Part shown: positions 19,784 through 28,166 of the stretch, piece after piece
Numbering within the stretch: the first letter of the stretch is position 1
Layout of the letters: each line of letters begins with the position of its first letter
Source of the DNA: Opitutales bacterium
GTDB lineage: Bacteria > Verrucomicrobiota > Verrucomicrobiia > Opitutales > PNEW01
Direction: 5' to 3'
Assembly (NCBI GenBank): GCA_963692525.1
Contig: OY829953.1
Location: 4,420,720-4,484,719 of the forward strand
Length of the DNA: 64,000 bases
Notes under the pieces: generated by a model
The model's database searches: none
Seen by the model: only the letters and a program-made list of their open reading frames with translations
What the model was told of the DNA's origin: nothing
Made by a program: the position numbers and the translations under genes

Positions 19784-20161
19784 CTACAGCGAGCCAGGAT
19801 CGAGGTTAATTAGAATCCGGTCGCCTTCGACGCGCAAGGGATAACTGCGGACTCTTATCGTTTCAGGATCGAAAATTGATCGCCCAGTGCGCAAGTTGTA
19901 CTCGTGACCGTGCCACGGACAGACCAGAATCTGACCATCAGAACCGTAAGGTATGCTTTCTCCTGGTTTGCAGTAAAGTGTAGTGCCGCTCACGTGACCC
20001 TGGGATAGACTGGCACCTTGATGGGGGCAGGTATCGTGTAAGGCGTAAAACTCATCTTTCTCGCGTACGACCACTAAAGCGCGGCCATTTACTTCCACCC
20101 GTTTGGGTTTGCTCTGAACGAAGTCGTTGACAGCTCCTATATCAAGCTCGCTCGAAGTCAT
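19784..20161 (-). CDS. Rieske [2Fe-2S] domain protein
   Basis: CPHQGASL and CPWHGHEY motifs. I chose ATG 20161 (MTSSELDIG..), which overlaps the upstream gene's stop by 20 nt. Confidence 0.85.
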   Translation of the reverse strand: MTSSELDIGAVNDFVQSKPKRVEVNGRALVVVREKDEFYALHDTCPHQGASLSQGHVSGTTLYCKPGESIPYGSDGQILVCPWHGHEYNLRTGRSIFDPETIRVRSYPLRVEGDRILINLDPGSL

Positions 20162-21245
20162 AAAAGTCTGCGGCGTTATCAACCATGATCCGTCGGCGTA
20201 AAGCATCCGGCACGATGCTTGGGATCGCCTTGTCGGGGGCATCGAAGTCCCAGTGAGGATAATCGGTGGCAAAGAGGAGAAAATCATCTCGACCGATCAT
20301 CTCCATTATCTGCATCAGGTGCTCGGGATTTGCCGGCTCTTCCATCGGTTGAGTCGTTGCGCGAAAATGTTCCTGGATGTACTCGCTTGGTAGCTTCTTG
20401 AGCCAGGGCACTTCACTGCGCAATCCCCGGTAATTTTTGTCCAGACGCCACATCAGTGGTGGCAGCCAGGCAAAGCCTCCTTCTATGAGACAGACCCGTG
20501 TCTGAGGAAATTTTTCGAACACGCCCTCGCATACAAGGCTGACAACCTGGGCCTGAAATGCCTGCGCCATGGCGGTGTGGTCCTCAATGTAGTAAGAAGG
20601 CCATCCGCAGGCCGTAATCGGGTTTCCGTTACCACCAAAATGAATACCAATCGGTAGATTCACTTCGGCAGCCGCCTGAAAAATGGGATGAAATTCACGT
20701 CGACCATAGGGCGCGTGTGAACGCACGAGTAAAAGCACCTGGACAAAGCGGGGGTCACGAGCCACCCGTTTTATTTCCTCGGCCGAACTTGCAGCATCAC
20801 ACACGTTGACTGCGATCGACCCTCGCCAGCGCTCATCAGTACTCAGCCAGTCATTCGCTGTCCAGTCATTGACCGCTCGCATCAGCGCATTGGCAAAGTC
20901 AAGATTGAACACGGCCGACACTCCATATAACGGATTAAGAATAGCCCGATCAATTCCCCAGGTGTCCAGCAATTGACGGCTCGCAAAGACTGGATCGCTT
21001 CCCGGTTTTTTTCCGTTAGGCGGCCAGGCGTCCCGGCGCGCAGCCATATCAAAACCTTTCGGGTAGACGGGCCCCGGCGGACTTTTGAATCCCGACTGCT
21101 TGATGTAGGCCTGCCACCTGTCGGGTAAATAGGGCATCAGCTCATCGACCGAATCGGGGTAATTGTGGACGTCGCTATCGATAAGAGAAATAGCCGTCCG
21201 CTCCTGAGCTCCATTCGTCGAGGCTGGTGCAAGTGATTGTTTCAT
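20142..21245 (-). CDS. Amidohydrolase-2 (ACMSD-like TIM-barrel metal hydrolase) family protein
   Basis: [13 protein letters not shown]-terminal metal motif. ATG at 21245 follows a purine-rich stretch; TTG 21284 is an alternative start. Confidence 0.8.
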   Translation of the reverse strand: MKQSLAPASTNGAQERTAISLIDSDVHNYPDSVDELMPYLPDRWQAYIKQSGFKSPPGPVYPKGFDMAARRDAWPPNGKKPGSDPVFASRQLLDTWGIDRAILNPLYGVSAVFNLDFANALMRAVNDWTANDWLSTDERWRGSIAVNVCDAASSAEEIKRVARDPRFVQVLLLVRSHAPYGRREFHPIFQAAAEVNLPIGIHFGGNGNPITACGWPSYYIEDHTAMAQAFQAQVVSLVCEGVFEKFPQTRVCLIEGGFAWLPPLMWRLDKNYRGLRSEVPWLKKLPSEYIQEHFRATTQPMEEPANPEHLMQIMEMIGRDDFLLFATDYPHWDFDAPDKAIPSIVPDALRRRIMVDNAADFYDFERA

Positions 21246-21307
21246 GGAAATCTTCTTTCTATATTCCGGAGTTTGAAATACCAACCGACAGGGTCATTTG
21301 CAACCGG

Positions 21308-21324
21308 AAAAAAAAGGGGGGGGG
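21308..21324. repeat. A8G9 double homopolymer tract
   Basis: 'aaaaaaaaggggggggg' lies between the four-helix-bundle gene's stop and the amidohydrolase start. Confidence 0.95.
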
Positions 21325-21328
21325 ATAA

Positions 21329-21357
21329 GTGAACAGTAAACAGTGAACAGTGAATAG
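21329..21357. repeat. 'gtgaacagt' word array, left arm of cassette 1
   Basis: 'gtgaacagtaaacagtgaacagtgaatag' is complementary to 21817-21850. Confidence 0.85.
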
Positions 21358-21369
21358 ATAGCTATCTCG

Positions 21370-21801
21370 TTATGGTGTGCTGTATTCGGCACCATCTTCT
21401 CTCATGTCAAATGGGTCCTTGACGCAAAAGGATGCGGATTTGAATGTCATACTATTCAGCATGCGTCCAATTTTGGAAAGCTTTTCACATAACTCGTTCG
21501 CTTTATCTTCGTTTAAATACATGCAATCTACCGCCGTTTCAATCCAGTGCTGCGTTTCATATTGTTCAGCATCTGCATCTGTAAGTTTACTCACAAAATG
21601 TTTCTCATAACGTCGTTTTCCCCATGCCTCAGCAATTTGGGCACCAATTGATCTGGATGACCGCCTTACTTGGTCTGTAAGCGAATAGATTTCTTCCTTA
21701 GGAACTTCTTTTGAGATTATGAAGATCTCAACAGAAACTGTTCTTGCCTTACGATAAACAATCAGGTCCCTGAAATTGGAAGCATGTGGATTTTTATGCA
21801 C
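21370..21801 (-). CDS. Four-helix-bundle protein (23S rRNA intervening-sequence protein / Avd-like family)
   Basis: 143 aa. NFRDLIVYRKA..EIYSLTDQVRRSSRSIGAQIAEAWGKR is typical of this family. GTG start, with 'gaggagg' upstream. Confidence 0.85.
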   Translation of the reverse strand: MHKNPHASNFRDLIVYRKARTVSVEIFIISKEVPKEEIYSLTDQVRRSSRSIGAQIAEAWGKRRYEKHFVSKLTDADAEQYETQHWIETAVDCMYLNEDKANELCEKLSKIGRMLNSMTFKSASFCVKDPFDMREDGAEYSTP

Positions 21802-21816
21802 GATCTACTTCCTCCT

Positions 21817-21850
21817 CTTACTGTTCACTGTTTACTGTTTACTGTTCACT
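21817..21850. repeat. 'actgttcac' word array, right arm of cassette 1
   Basis: 'cttactgttcactgtttactgtttactgttcact' has 16-20 bp of perfect complementarity to 21329-21357, depending on register. Confidence 0.85.
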
Positions 21851-21879
21851 CCTACCTATCGTCCTTTCCTCTTAAAATC

Positions 21880-23556
21880 TTAACCCTGCTTATCAATAAA
21901 CTGAAATGCGTAAATACTGGCTTGATGGAGATGAAAAATTAGGCGAACCGGCTTGTTCCACAGCGCACTCAGATCCGTTTTCCCTTTCCAACTGACGGTG
22001 TGCCAGATTTCATTGGGATCGTCACTGACCACGGGATCGCAGTCCTCAGTGGAAAAACCAGCAAAGGGTTTAAAGTGAGCATCAACTATCTCCACCTCAA
22101 TGTATCCGCCATAGGTATCCGCATTTACTTTTAAGGTATCGCCTTCGAAGACAAACTGCCGGGTAATCACCTTGCCGTTTTCATAATTTGGTTTCAGTTC
22201 TGCCCAGCCATCTTCGCGCAGGATGAGGGTGCTGATCCCTCCATCTTCCCTCGGAAATTTACCCATATTCTCAACCAGGCTCGCGTAATCGCGATCCCCT
22301 TTTTCAAAATTTTCTTCGGGCACAAAGGTTGTCGGCAGTGGGCGAATGTTTTTATATTTCGGTTGCGGTGGTCGGCCGTGCCAACTTTGTTTCTTAGGAC
22401 CTGTAGAGTGGACGATGTAGATTTTACCGTCATGGACAAGTTGCCCGGCAACCGAAGCAGCTACGAATCCACTATTATAACTGCCAGGCCGTCCATTATC
22501 TACCCATGGCTCCGAACCGCTTGCCCGCTGCCAATGTATTCCATCGCGACTGACGTAGAGACTTAAGTTCGCATAAGCCTGGTCGCGCCAATTCCGTGTC
22601 TTACCGACAACCCAAATCGGTTCGGAGTGAAATTCTGTCGCGATGCCGATGTAGAGACCACCCACCTTGCGCACCGACATTTCATGAAATTCTACATTGG
22701 GCGGTAAATGGGGGTCACCATCAACCGACAGCACCACCTCTTTAGGTGACCAATTGATGAAGTCCTCACTCACCTGCCGGCCAACCTGCCGCTTTAGGTG
22801 GAGAAAGTTCCAGTGATGGGAATACTGGCTGTAAGCAATCCATTTATTTATCGAATCATCCCAGATCGCGCGTTGATAATGATGATGGCGCATCGGCGTA
22901 TCCTCACTGACGGTGGTCCATTGCAAGCCGTCTGGCGAGACGGCCACTGTCGACATTGTTTTTTGCCCTCTCTCCTGCGCTTTGTCATTAGGATTGTAAA
23001 GTAGCATGAATTTACGTGCGGGATCGCTTTGGTCGGGATTCACCACCAGGGCAATATGATGACCGGAATCTTCAAGAACGATATTGGTTGCTTTGTGTTC
23101 TTTATAAGGGAAACATTTTTCACTGAGTGGTTTTTCCCAATGCCGACAATCCTGTGACTCGGCATAACAAAGGATCATGCCCGAATCACCCCAGGCTCCA
23201 CCGACATAAGATTGGCAGTACCAGAGCATGAACTTGCCGTCATCCGGATCCTGGAGAGCCGCGGCAGGAAAAATACCCGGTTTCAATTCCCAGGGTAGTT
23301 CCCTCGACTTGAAGATTGGATTTTTCGGTCGTTGGGGCTTGCATATGACACGCTTTACATCTTCGAGATGATCGAGGATGAAGTTATCAAGAAATAACTG
23401 CCTCTCCGTGCCAATGTGTAAGGTGTGTACTGCGTAATCGGGCGTGAAATAAGGATAATTGTCATCGATGGGCCGCGTGCCGGCTTGGGTCTCTTCAATC
23501 CTGCGCCGCACATCGAGCGCTTCCGTCGGGTTTTTCTTCTCAGGTTTTTCTTTCAT
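21880..23556 (-). CDS. Glycoside-hydrolase-like beta-propeller protein with C-terminal beta-sandwich, paralog 1
   Basis: 558 aa with no signal peptide. Motifs LCYAESQDCRHWEKP and VSPDGLQWT. About 70% identical to 23940..25628. Confidence 0.5.
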   Translation of the reverse strand: MKEKPEKKNPTEALDVRRRIEETQAGTRPIDDNYPYFTPDYAVHTLHIGTERQLFLDNFILDHLEDVKRVICKPQRPKNPIFKSRELPWELKPGIFPAAALQDPDDGKFMLWYCQSYVGGAWGDSGMILCYAESQDCRHWEKPLSEKCFPYKEHKATNIVLEDSGHHIALVVNPDQSDPARKFMLLYNPNDKAQERGQKTMSTVAVSPDGLQWTTVSEDTPMRHHHYQRAIWDDSINKWIAYSQYSHHWNFLHLKRQVGRQVSEDFINWSPKEVVLSVDGDPHLPPNVEFHEMSVRKVGGLYIGIATEFHSEPIWVVGKTRNWRDQAYANLSLYVSRDGIHWQRASGSEPWVDNGRPGSYNSGFVAASVAGQLVHDGKIYIVHSTGPKKQSWHGRPPQPKYKNIRPLPTTFVPEENFEKGDRDYASLVENMGKFPREDGGISTLILREDGWAELKPNYENGKVITRQFVFEGDTLKVNADTYGGYIEVEIVDAHFKPFAGFSTEDCDPVVSDDPNEIWHTVSWKGKTDLSALWNKPVRLIFHLHQASIYAFQFIDKQG

Positions 23557-23572
23557 TTAGATATATTTGGTT

Positions 23573-23928
23573 AGAAAGAGATAGCCACAAAAAGCACAAG
23601 ATGCACAAGAAATAAAATTATGAACTCAAGAACTCAGGAATTTAAGAAAGTTAACCACGAATGAACACGAATAAACACGAAAATAATATTTAGAGAAAAT
23701 TGAATAGCCACAAAAAGCACAAAAGACAAAAAAATTAGAAATATATTTAATAGTAAAATTGAATATTTTTGCCTCTATTTTCGTAACTAGTTATTTCCAC
23801 TCTCTAATTATTCGTGCTATTGGTGGATGTTGTCCCGCAACAGCGGGCCTCGGTAGTGTTCATTCGTGGTATATTCTCTCACCATAATCTTTTCTGTGCT
23901 TTATGTGCCTCTTGTGGCTATCTCTTTT
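23573..23928. repeat. Nested palindrome filling the intergenic region between the GH-like paralogs
   Basis: Outer arms are 'agagatagccacaaaaagcacaag..' (23578-23612) and 'tgtgcctcttgtggctatctct' (23893-23925). Inner arms are 'aaccacgaatgaacacgaataaacacgaa' (23653-23681) and 23811-23870, the latter split by a hairpin module at 23827-23855. Confidence 0.8.
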
Positions 23929-23939
23929 CCCTATATTTC

Positions 23940-25628
23940 TCATAGCTTAGAATCCACAAACTGAAATGCGTAGAGACTGGCTTGATGGAGGTGGATGATG
24001 AGGCGAACTGGCTTATTCCACAGTGCACTAAGATCTGATTTTTCTTTCCAACTGACGGTGTGCCAGATTTGATTGGGATCATCGCTGGCGATGGGATCGC
24101 AGTCTTCAGTGGAAAAACCATCAAAGGGATTAAAGTGCGGATCGACCAACTCTACACTGATGTACCCGCCATAGGCCTCGGCATTTATTTTTAAGGTATC
24201 GCCTTCGAAGACGAATTGCCGGGTAATCACTTTACCGTTTTCATAAGTCGGTTTCAACTCCGCCCAACCATCTTCGCGCAGGATAAGGGTGCTGATCGTT
24301 ATATAATCCCACTTCTGATATTTCCCAACATATTTAGCTAAATTCGCATGGTCTTGTTTACTTTTTTCAAAAACTGCTTCAGGCACGGGTTTAAATGATG
24401 CTTCACCTCCCCTGTCATCCGGTCTCTCGATGCCGTGCCAATTCTGTTTTTCGGTGCGCGCACTGTAAACAATGTAGGTTTTTCCATTATGAACGAGCTG
24501 CCCGGCAACCGTGTCACAGACAAATCCATAATCATAACTTCCCGGCCGTCCCGTATCCACCCATGGCTCAGCTCCACTCGCCCGCTGCCAGCGAATACCG
24601 TCGCGGCTAGAATATAGACTCAAGGTCCCATAGGCATGATCGCGCCAATTCTCATCTCCGAAAGCACCCCAGATGGGTTCGGTATTAAATTCTGTCGCTA
24701 TTCCGATGTAGAGGCCGCCCACTTTTCGTACCGACATTTCATGAAATTCTACATTGGGCGGAAGGTGAGGATCCCAATCCACAGAGAGCACCACCTCTTT
24801 GGGTGACCAGTGTATAAAGTCTTCACTCTCCTGCCGCCCAACCTGCCGTTTGCGGTGGAGAAAGTTCCAGTGAGGAGAATACTGACTGTAAGTTATCCAT
24901 TTATTTATCGAATCATCCCAAATCGCGCGCTGAAAATGGTGATGACGCTGCGTTGAATCCTCGCTGACCGTTGTCCAACGCAGACCGTCGGGTGACACGG
25001 CCATCGTTGACATGAACTTGAGACCCCGCGATTGCGCCCGGTCATGGGGGTTGTAAACCATCAGGTATTTCCGCGCGGAATCACTCTGGTCGGGATTCAA
25101 AACCAGTGCAATGTGGTGGCCTGAATCTTCGAGAACAATATTCGTAGCTTTGTGCTCTTTATAAGGGAGACACTTTTCACTGAGAGGTTTCTCCCAGTGT
25201 TGACAGTCGGTCGATTCAGCATAGCAGAGAATCATGCCTGAATCGCCAAACGCCCTATCGACATCTTCTTCATCAACTGAAGATTGGACGTACCAAATTT
25301 TGAACTTACCATCATCCGGATCATGGAGGGCCGCGGCGGGAAAAGTTTCATCGTCCACCTCCCAGGGATGATCCCTGGCATTGAGAATAGGTGCATCGGG
25401 TCGCTCCGGCTTGGGAATGATTCGCTCAACATCTTCGAGATGATCGAGGATGAAGTTGTCGACGAACAACTGCTTCTCCTTGCCAATGTGTAAAGTTTGC
25501 ACCGCGTAGTCGGGCTCGAAATATGGGTAGTTGTCATCGATAGGCCGCGTGCCGGCAATCGTCTCTTCAATCCTGCGCCGCACATCAAACGCCTCGGTCG
25601 GGTTTTTTTTCTCGGGCAATTCTTTCAT
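23940..25628 (-). CDS. Glycoside-hydrolase-like beta-propeller protein with C-terminal beta-sandwich, paralog 2
   Basis: 562 aa, colinear with 21880..23556. Confidence 0.5.
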   Translation of the reverse strand: MKELPEKKNPTEAFDVRRRIEETIAGTRPIDDNYPYFEPDYAVQTLHIGKEKQLFVDNFILDHLEDVERIIPKPERPDAPILNARDHPWEVDDETFPAAALHDPDDGKFKIWYVQSSVDEEDVDRAFGDSGMILCYAESTDCQHWEKPLSEKCLPYKEHKATNIVLEDSGHHIALVLNPDQSDSARKYLMVYNPHDRAQSRGLKFMSTMAVSPDGLRWTTVSEDSTQRHHHFQRAIWDDSINKWITYSQYSPHWNFLHRKRQVGRQESEDFIHWSPKEVVLSVDWDPHLPPNVEFHEMSVRKVGGLYIGIATEFNTEPIWGAFGDENWRDHAYGTLSLYSSRDGIRWQRASGAEPWVDTGRPGSYDYGFVCDTVAGQLVHNGKTYIVYSARTEKQNWHGIERPDDRGGEASFKPVPEAVFEKSKQDHANLAKYVGKYQKWDYITISTLILREDGWAELKPTYENGKVITRQFVFEGDTLKINAEAYGGYISVELVDPHFNPFDGFSTEDCDPIASDDPNQIWHTVSWKEKSDLSALWNKPVRLIIHLHQASLYAFQFVDSKL

Positions 25629-25661
25629 TCAAACCTTCTTCCTATTTAATTAGATTAGAAA

Positions 25662-25850
25662 GAGATAGCCACAAAATGTAAGGAGTGATAATGCGTGAAT
25701 GCGTATAAGCGATAATGCGGAGAGAATAGTCAAAAAGTTAAAAGGTCAAAATAAATGCTGGAATTGCCAGGATTAACTTTATTCTGTATCATCTATTCTG
25801 AATCCTGCGCATTCACGCATTCACGCATTCACGCATTCACGCACATCCGC
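25662..25850. repeat. Nested palindrome with a 4x tandem 8-mer
   Basis: 'gcattcac' x4 (25808-25843) faces 'aatgcgtgaatgcgtataagcg' (25690-25711). 'gtcaaaaagttaaaaggtcaaaa' lies at 25729-25753 and 'agatagccacaaaatg' at 25664-25680. Confidence 0.75.
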
Positions 25851-26627
25851 TTATGACGGCATGATTATTCCTCCACCAACTTCGATGACCTGGCCGTTAA
25901 TGTAGCTGCCATCGTCACTGGCGAGCAAGAGCACTGGGCCCACGCAATCTTCGGGTTCGCCAAAGCGACCCAGGGGGCTGCGGGCAATAATCTCATCGTA
26001 TGCTTTCTGATCGATGTTACCTTTAAATATTCGAGTCCAGATGGGGCCGGGCGCAATCGCATTTACGGTAATACCGCGCGCGCCGTATTCCTTGGCCCAA
26101 CCGCGCACCATATTGTTAACCGCGCCCTTGGATGCGGCATAGGTAATCATTCCCGGTCCGGCACCCGATCGCGCGCTGCCGGAAGAATTAACAATGATCC
26201 GACCGGTAGTATCAGGCAAATGAGGAACGGTGTGTTTTACGCAGTAAAAAACTGATTTGCAGTTTATTCCCATTCCCCGATTCCAATCTTCTTCCTCTAA
26301 ATCAACGGTGGGTTTATGCTCGGTAGGCCCTCCAGCATTCGCCACGAGAATATGTAAACCGCCAAATTCACGAAGAGAAGTATCCACCAGTTGCTCGACT
26401 TGATCTTCATCGGTTAAATCCGCTTTTACCGCTATCGCCCTACCCCCCTCAGCTTTTATCGATTCAACGGTTTCCTCCGCGCCTTTTTCACTGCGCGAAT
26501 AATTTACGACGACGGTTGCACCACAACGTGCCAATCCAATACATAGCGCGCTGCCGATACCCGTCCCACCACCAGTCACCAGCGCATGTCTGCCTTTTAG
26601 ATCAACCAGCATGGGTGTTGGGTTCAT
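25851..26627 (-). CDS. Short-chain dehydrogenase/reductase (SDR)
   Basis: TGGGTGIGSA, NAGG and YAASKGA motifs. Confidence 0.9.
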   Translation of the reverse strand: MNPTPMLVDLKGRHALVTGGGTGIGSALCIGLARCGATVVVNYSRSEKGAEETVESIKAEGGRAIAVKADLTDEDQVEQLVDTSLREFGGLHILVANAGGPTEHKPTVDLEEEDWNRGMGINCKSVFYCVKHTVPHLPDTTGRIIVNSSGSARSGAGPGMITYAASKGAVNNMVRGWAKEYGARGITVNAIAPGPIWTRIFKGNIDQKAYDEIIARSPLGRFGEPEDCVGPVLLLASDDGSYINGQVIEVGGGIIMPS

Positions 26628-26798
26628 GTCGAAAGTCGAAAGAGCGCTACCGCGCGTTTTAGGTTTTACGTGTTATGTTTTAAGGAAAGAAAGGATTGAG
26701 ATTGCAGGTTGTATCTTATGTAATATTTATCTCTTCATAGATCAGCGTTTGTCAACACGCGGTCGCAAACACAGTGGAACAATCATAGAGGTTGAGTT

Positions 26799-27887
26799 AT
26801 GAAAATTACAGAAATCACAACCGAGAGCTATCGCTGGCCGCTTAATATACCGATTACCAATGGCAAGCATACTTACACTCACGCGAGCCTGGGGTTGGTT
26901 AAAATCGAACCTGATACGGGACAAACAGGAATCGGACTCGGTGACATAAACCCCATCACTAAAGCCACCGTTGAGTATCTAAAACCGGAACTGATTGGTG
27001 AAGACCCATTGGATGTGGAACGTTTGTGGGAAAAGATGTGGGTTCCCAAACTGATTGGTAGACGGGGCATGACAACACGAGCAATCAGTGCGATTGACAT
27101 CGGTCTGTGGGACCTGAAGGCAAAGATTGCCGGCATGCCACTTTACAAATTACTGGGCGGCTATCGCAATCGCGTTCCAACCTATATCGCTGGGGGGTAC
27201 TATGAAGAAGGCAAGGGTCTTAAAGAGCTGGCTGAAGAAATGATAACGAATCTCGAGATGGGAGCTAAAGCGATTAAGATGAAAGTTGGCGGGGTCTCAA
27301 TCCGCGAGGACGTCGAGCGAGTAAAAACTGTCCGCCATGCTATTGGGGCCGAGATTAAACTGATGATCGATGCCAACTGTGCCTACCGTTACTACGAGGC
27401 CATCCAGTTAGCCAAACAGGTCGAGGAGTACGATGTCTTTTGGTTTGAGGAACCCGTAGCCGCAGACGACTATGAGGGCCACCGCAAACTTGCGGCGGCC
27501 ACTTCGATCCCTATCGCCACTGGTGAAAATGAATATACCCGATACGGTTTCCGTGACCTGATCGCCCAGCAGGCGGTGGCGATTTTTAATGCCGATGCGA
27601 TCATCCTTGGCGGTGTAACTGAGTTTATGAAAGTAGCGGCACTGGCATCCGCTTATAATTTGGACATCGCGCCACACGGTCCGCAGGAGATCCATGTCCA
27701 CCTCGTAGCAGCAATTGCCAACGGTCTGATTCTAGAGTTTTACCGCGATACTGTTGATCCCATGTGGGGAGAGATTTTCCTCCACACCCTAAACCTCAAT
27801 GCGGATGGAACGGTGAGCCCACCTGACGTACCCGGGATTGGCATAGATCCCAACTACGAGTCGCTCGCACCATATCGGGAAGCCTGA
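26799..27887 (+). CDS. Mandelate racemase / muconate lactonizing enzyme (enolase superfamily) protein
   Basis: 362 aa with family blocks AISAIDIGLWDLKAK, KMKVGG, LMIDANCAY, WFEEP and ATGENE. Confidence 0.85.
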   Translation: MKITEITTESYRWPLNIPITNGKHTYTHASLGLVKIEPDTGQTGIGLGDINPITKATVEYLKPELIGEDPLDVERLWEKMWVPKLIGRRGMTTRAISAIDIGLWDLKAKIAGMPLYKLLGGYRNRVPTYIAGGYYEEGKGLKELAEEMITNLEMGAKAIKMKVGGVSIREDVERVKTVRHAIGAEIKLMIDANCAYRYYEAIQLAKQVEEYDVFWFEEPVAADDYEGHRKLAAATSIPIATGENEYTRYGFRDLIAQQAVAIFNADAIILGGVTEFMKVAALASAYNLDIAPHGPQEIHVHLVAAIANGLILEFYRDTVDPMWGEIFLHTLNLNADGTVSPPDVPGIGIDPNYESLAPYREA

Positions 27888-28080
27888 AGACCGGAGGGCC
27901 GGAAAGCCAGAAAACCGGATATCCAGTTCCGAGTTCCGCCGTCGCGGAACGACATCTTCCAAGCCAGCGTTCCGGAAAGCCGGAAGACCAGACAGCCTGA
28001 TAGCCAGAAAGCAGTGATTAGTAAATTATCTAGTGTTAGAGCTCCTGCCTTTTGACCTTTTGACTTTTTGACATTTTGAC
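27886..28080. repeat. Composite: 'ccggaaagcc' words - hairpin module - 'ccggaaagcc' words - TTTTGAC array
   Basis: Hairpin module at 27923-27965 (stem gttccgc/gcggaac). Flanking purine-rich words at 27886-27919 and 27966-28012. 'ccttttgaccttttgactttttgacattttgac' at 28047-28080. Confidence 0.75.
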
Positions 28081-28166
28081 TCAACTCTTTAACTGTCCCA
28101 ACCACGATTGATAGCAATATTGAAGGTGATTGACCGTTTATCTTTAATATATATTCATTAAAAATA

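Noticed and set aside
21370-21801. The Avd-like four-helix-bundle genes as part of diversity-generating retroelements.
   Set aside because: The window has no reverse transcriptase gene. There is no template/variable repeat pair with adenine-specific differences. The adjacent genes show ordinary paralog divergence.
25808-25843. The tandem word arrays as CRISPR arrays.
   Set aside because: The repeat units are only 8-10 nt and directly abut each other without unique spacers. No cas genes or leader are present.
28047-28080. TTTTGAC arrays as arrays of -35 (TTGACA) promoter boxes for the downstream gene.
   Set aside because: The orientation fits, but distances to the start codons are incompatible. 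The last TTGAC lies 16 nt before ATG 36287, about 22 nt before 52288, and adjacent to 26627. I found no convincing -10 at 16-18 nt spacing, and the same arrays also follow stop codons.
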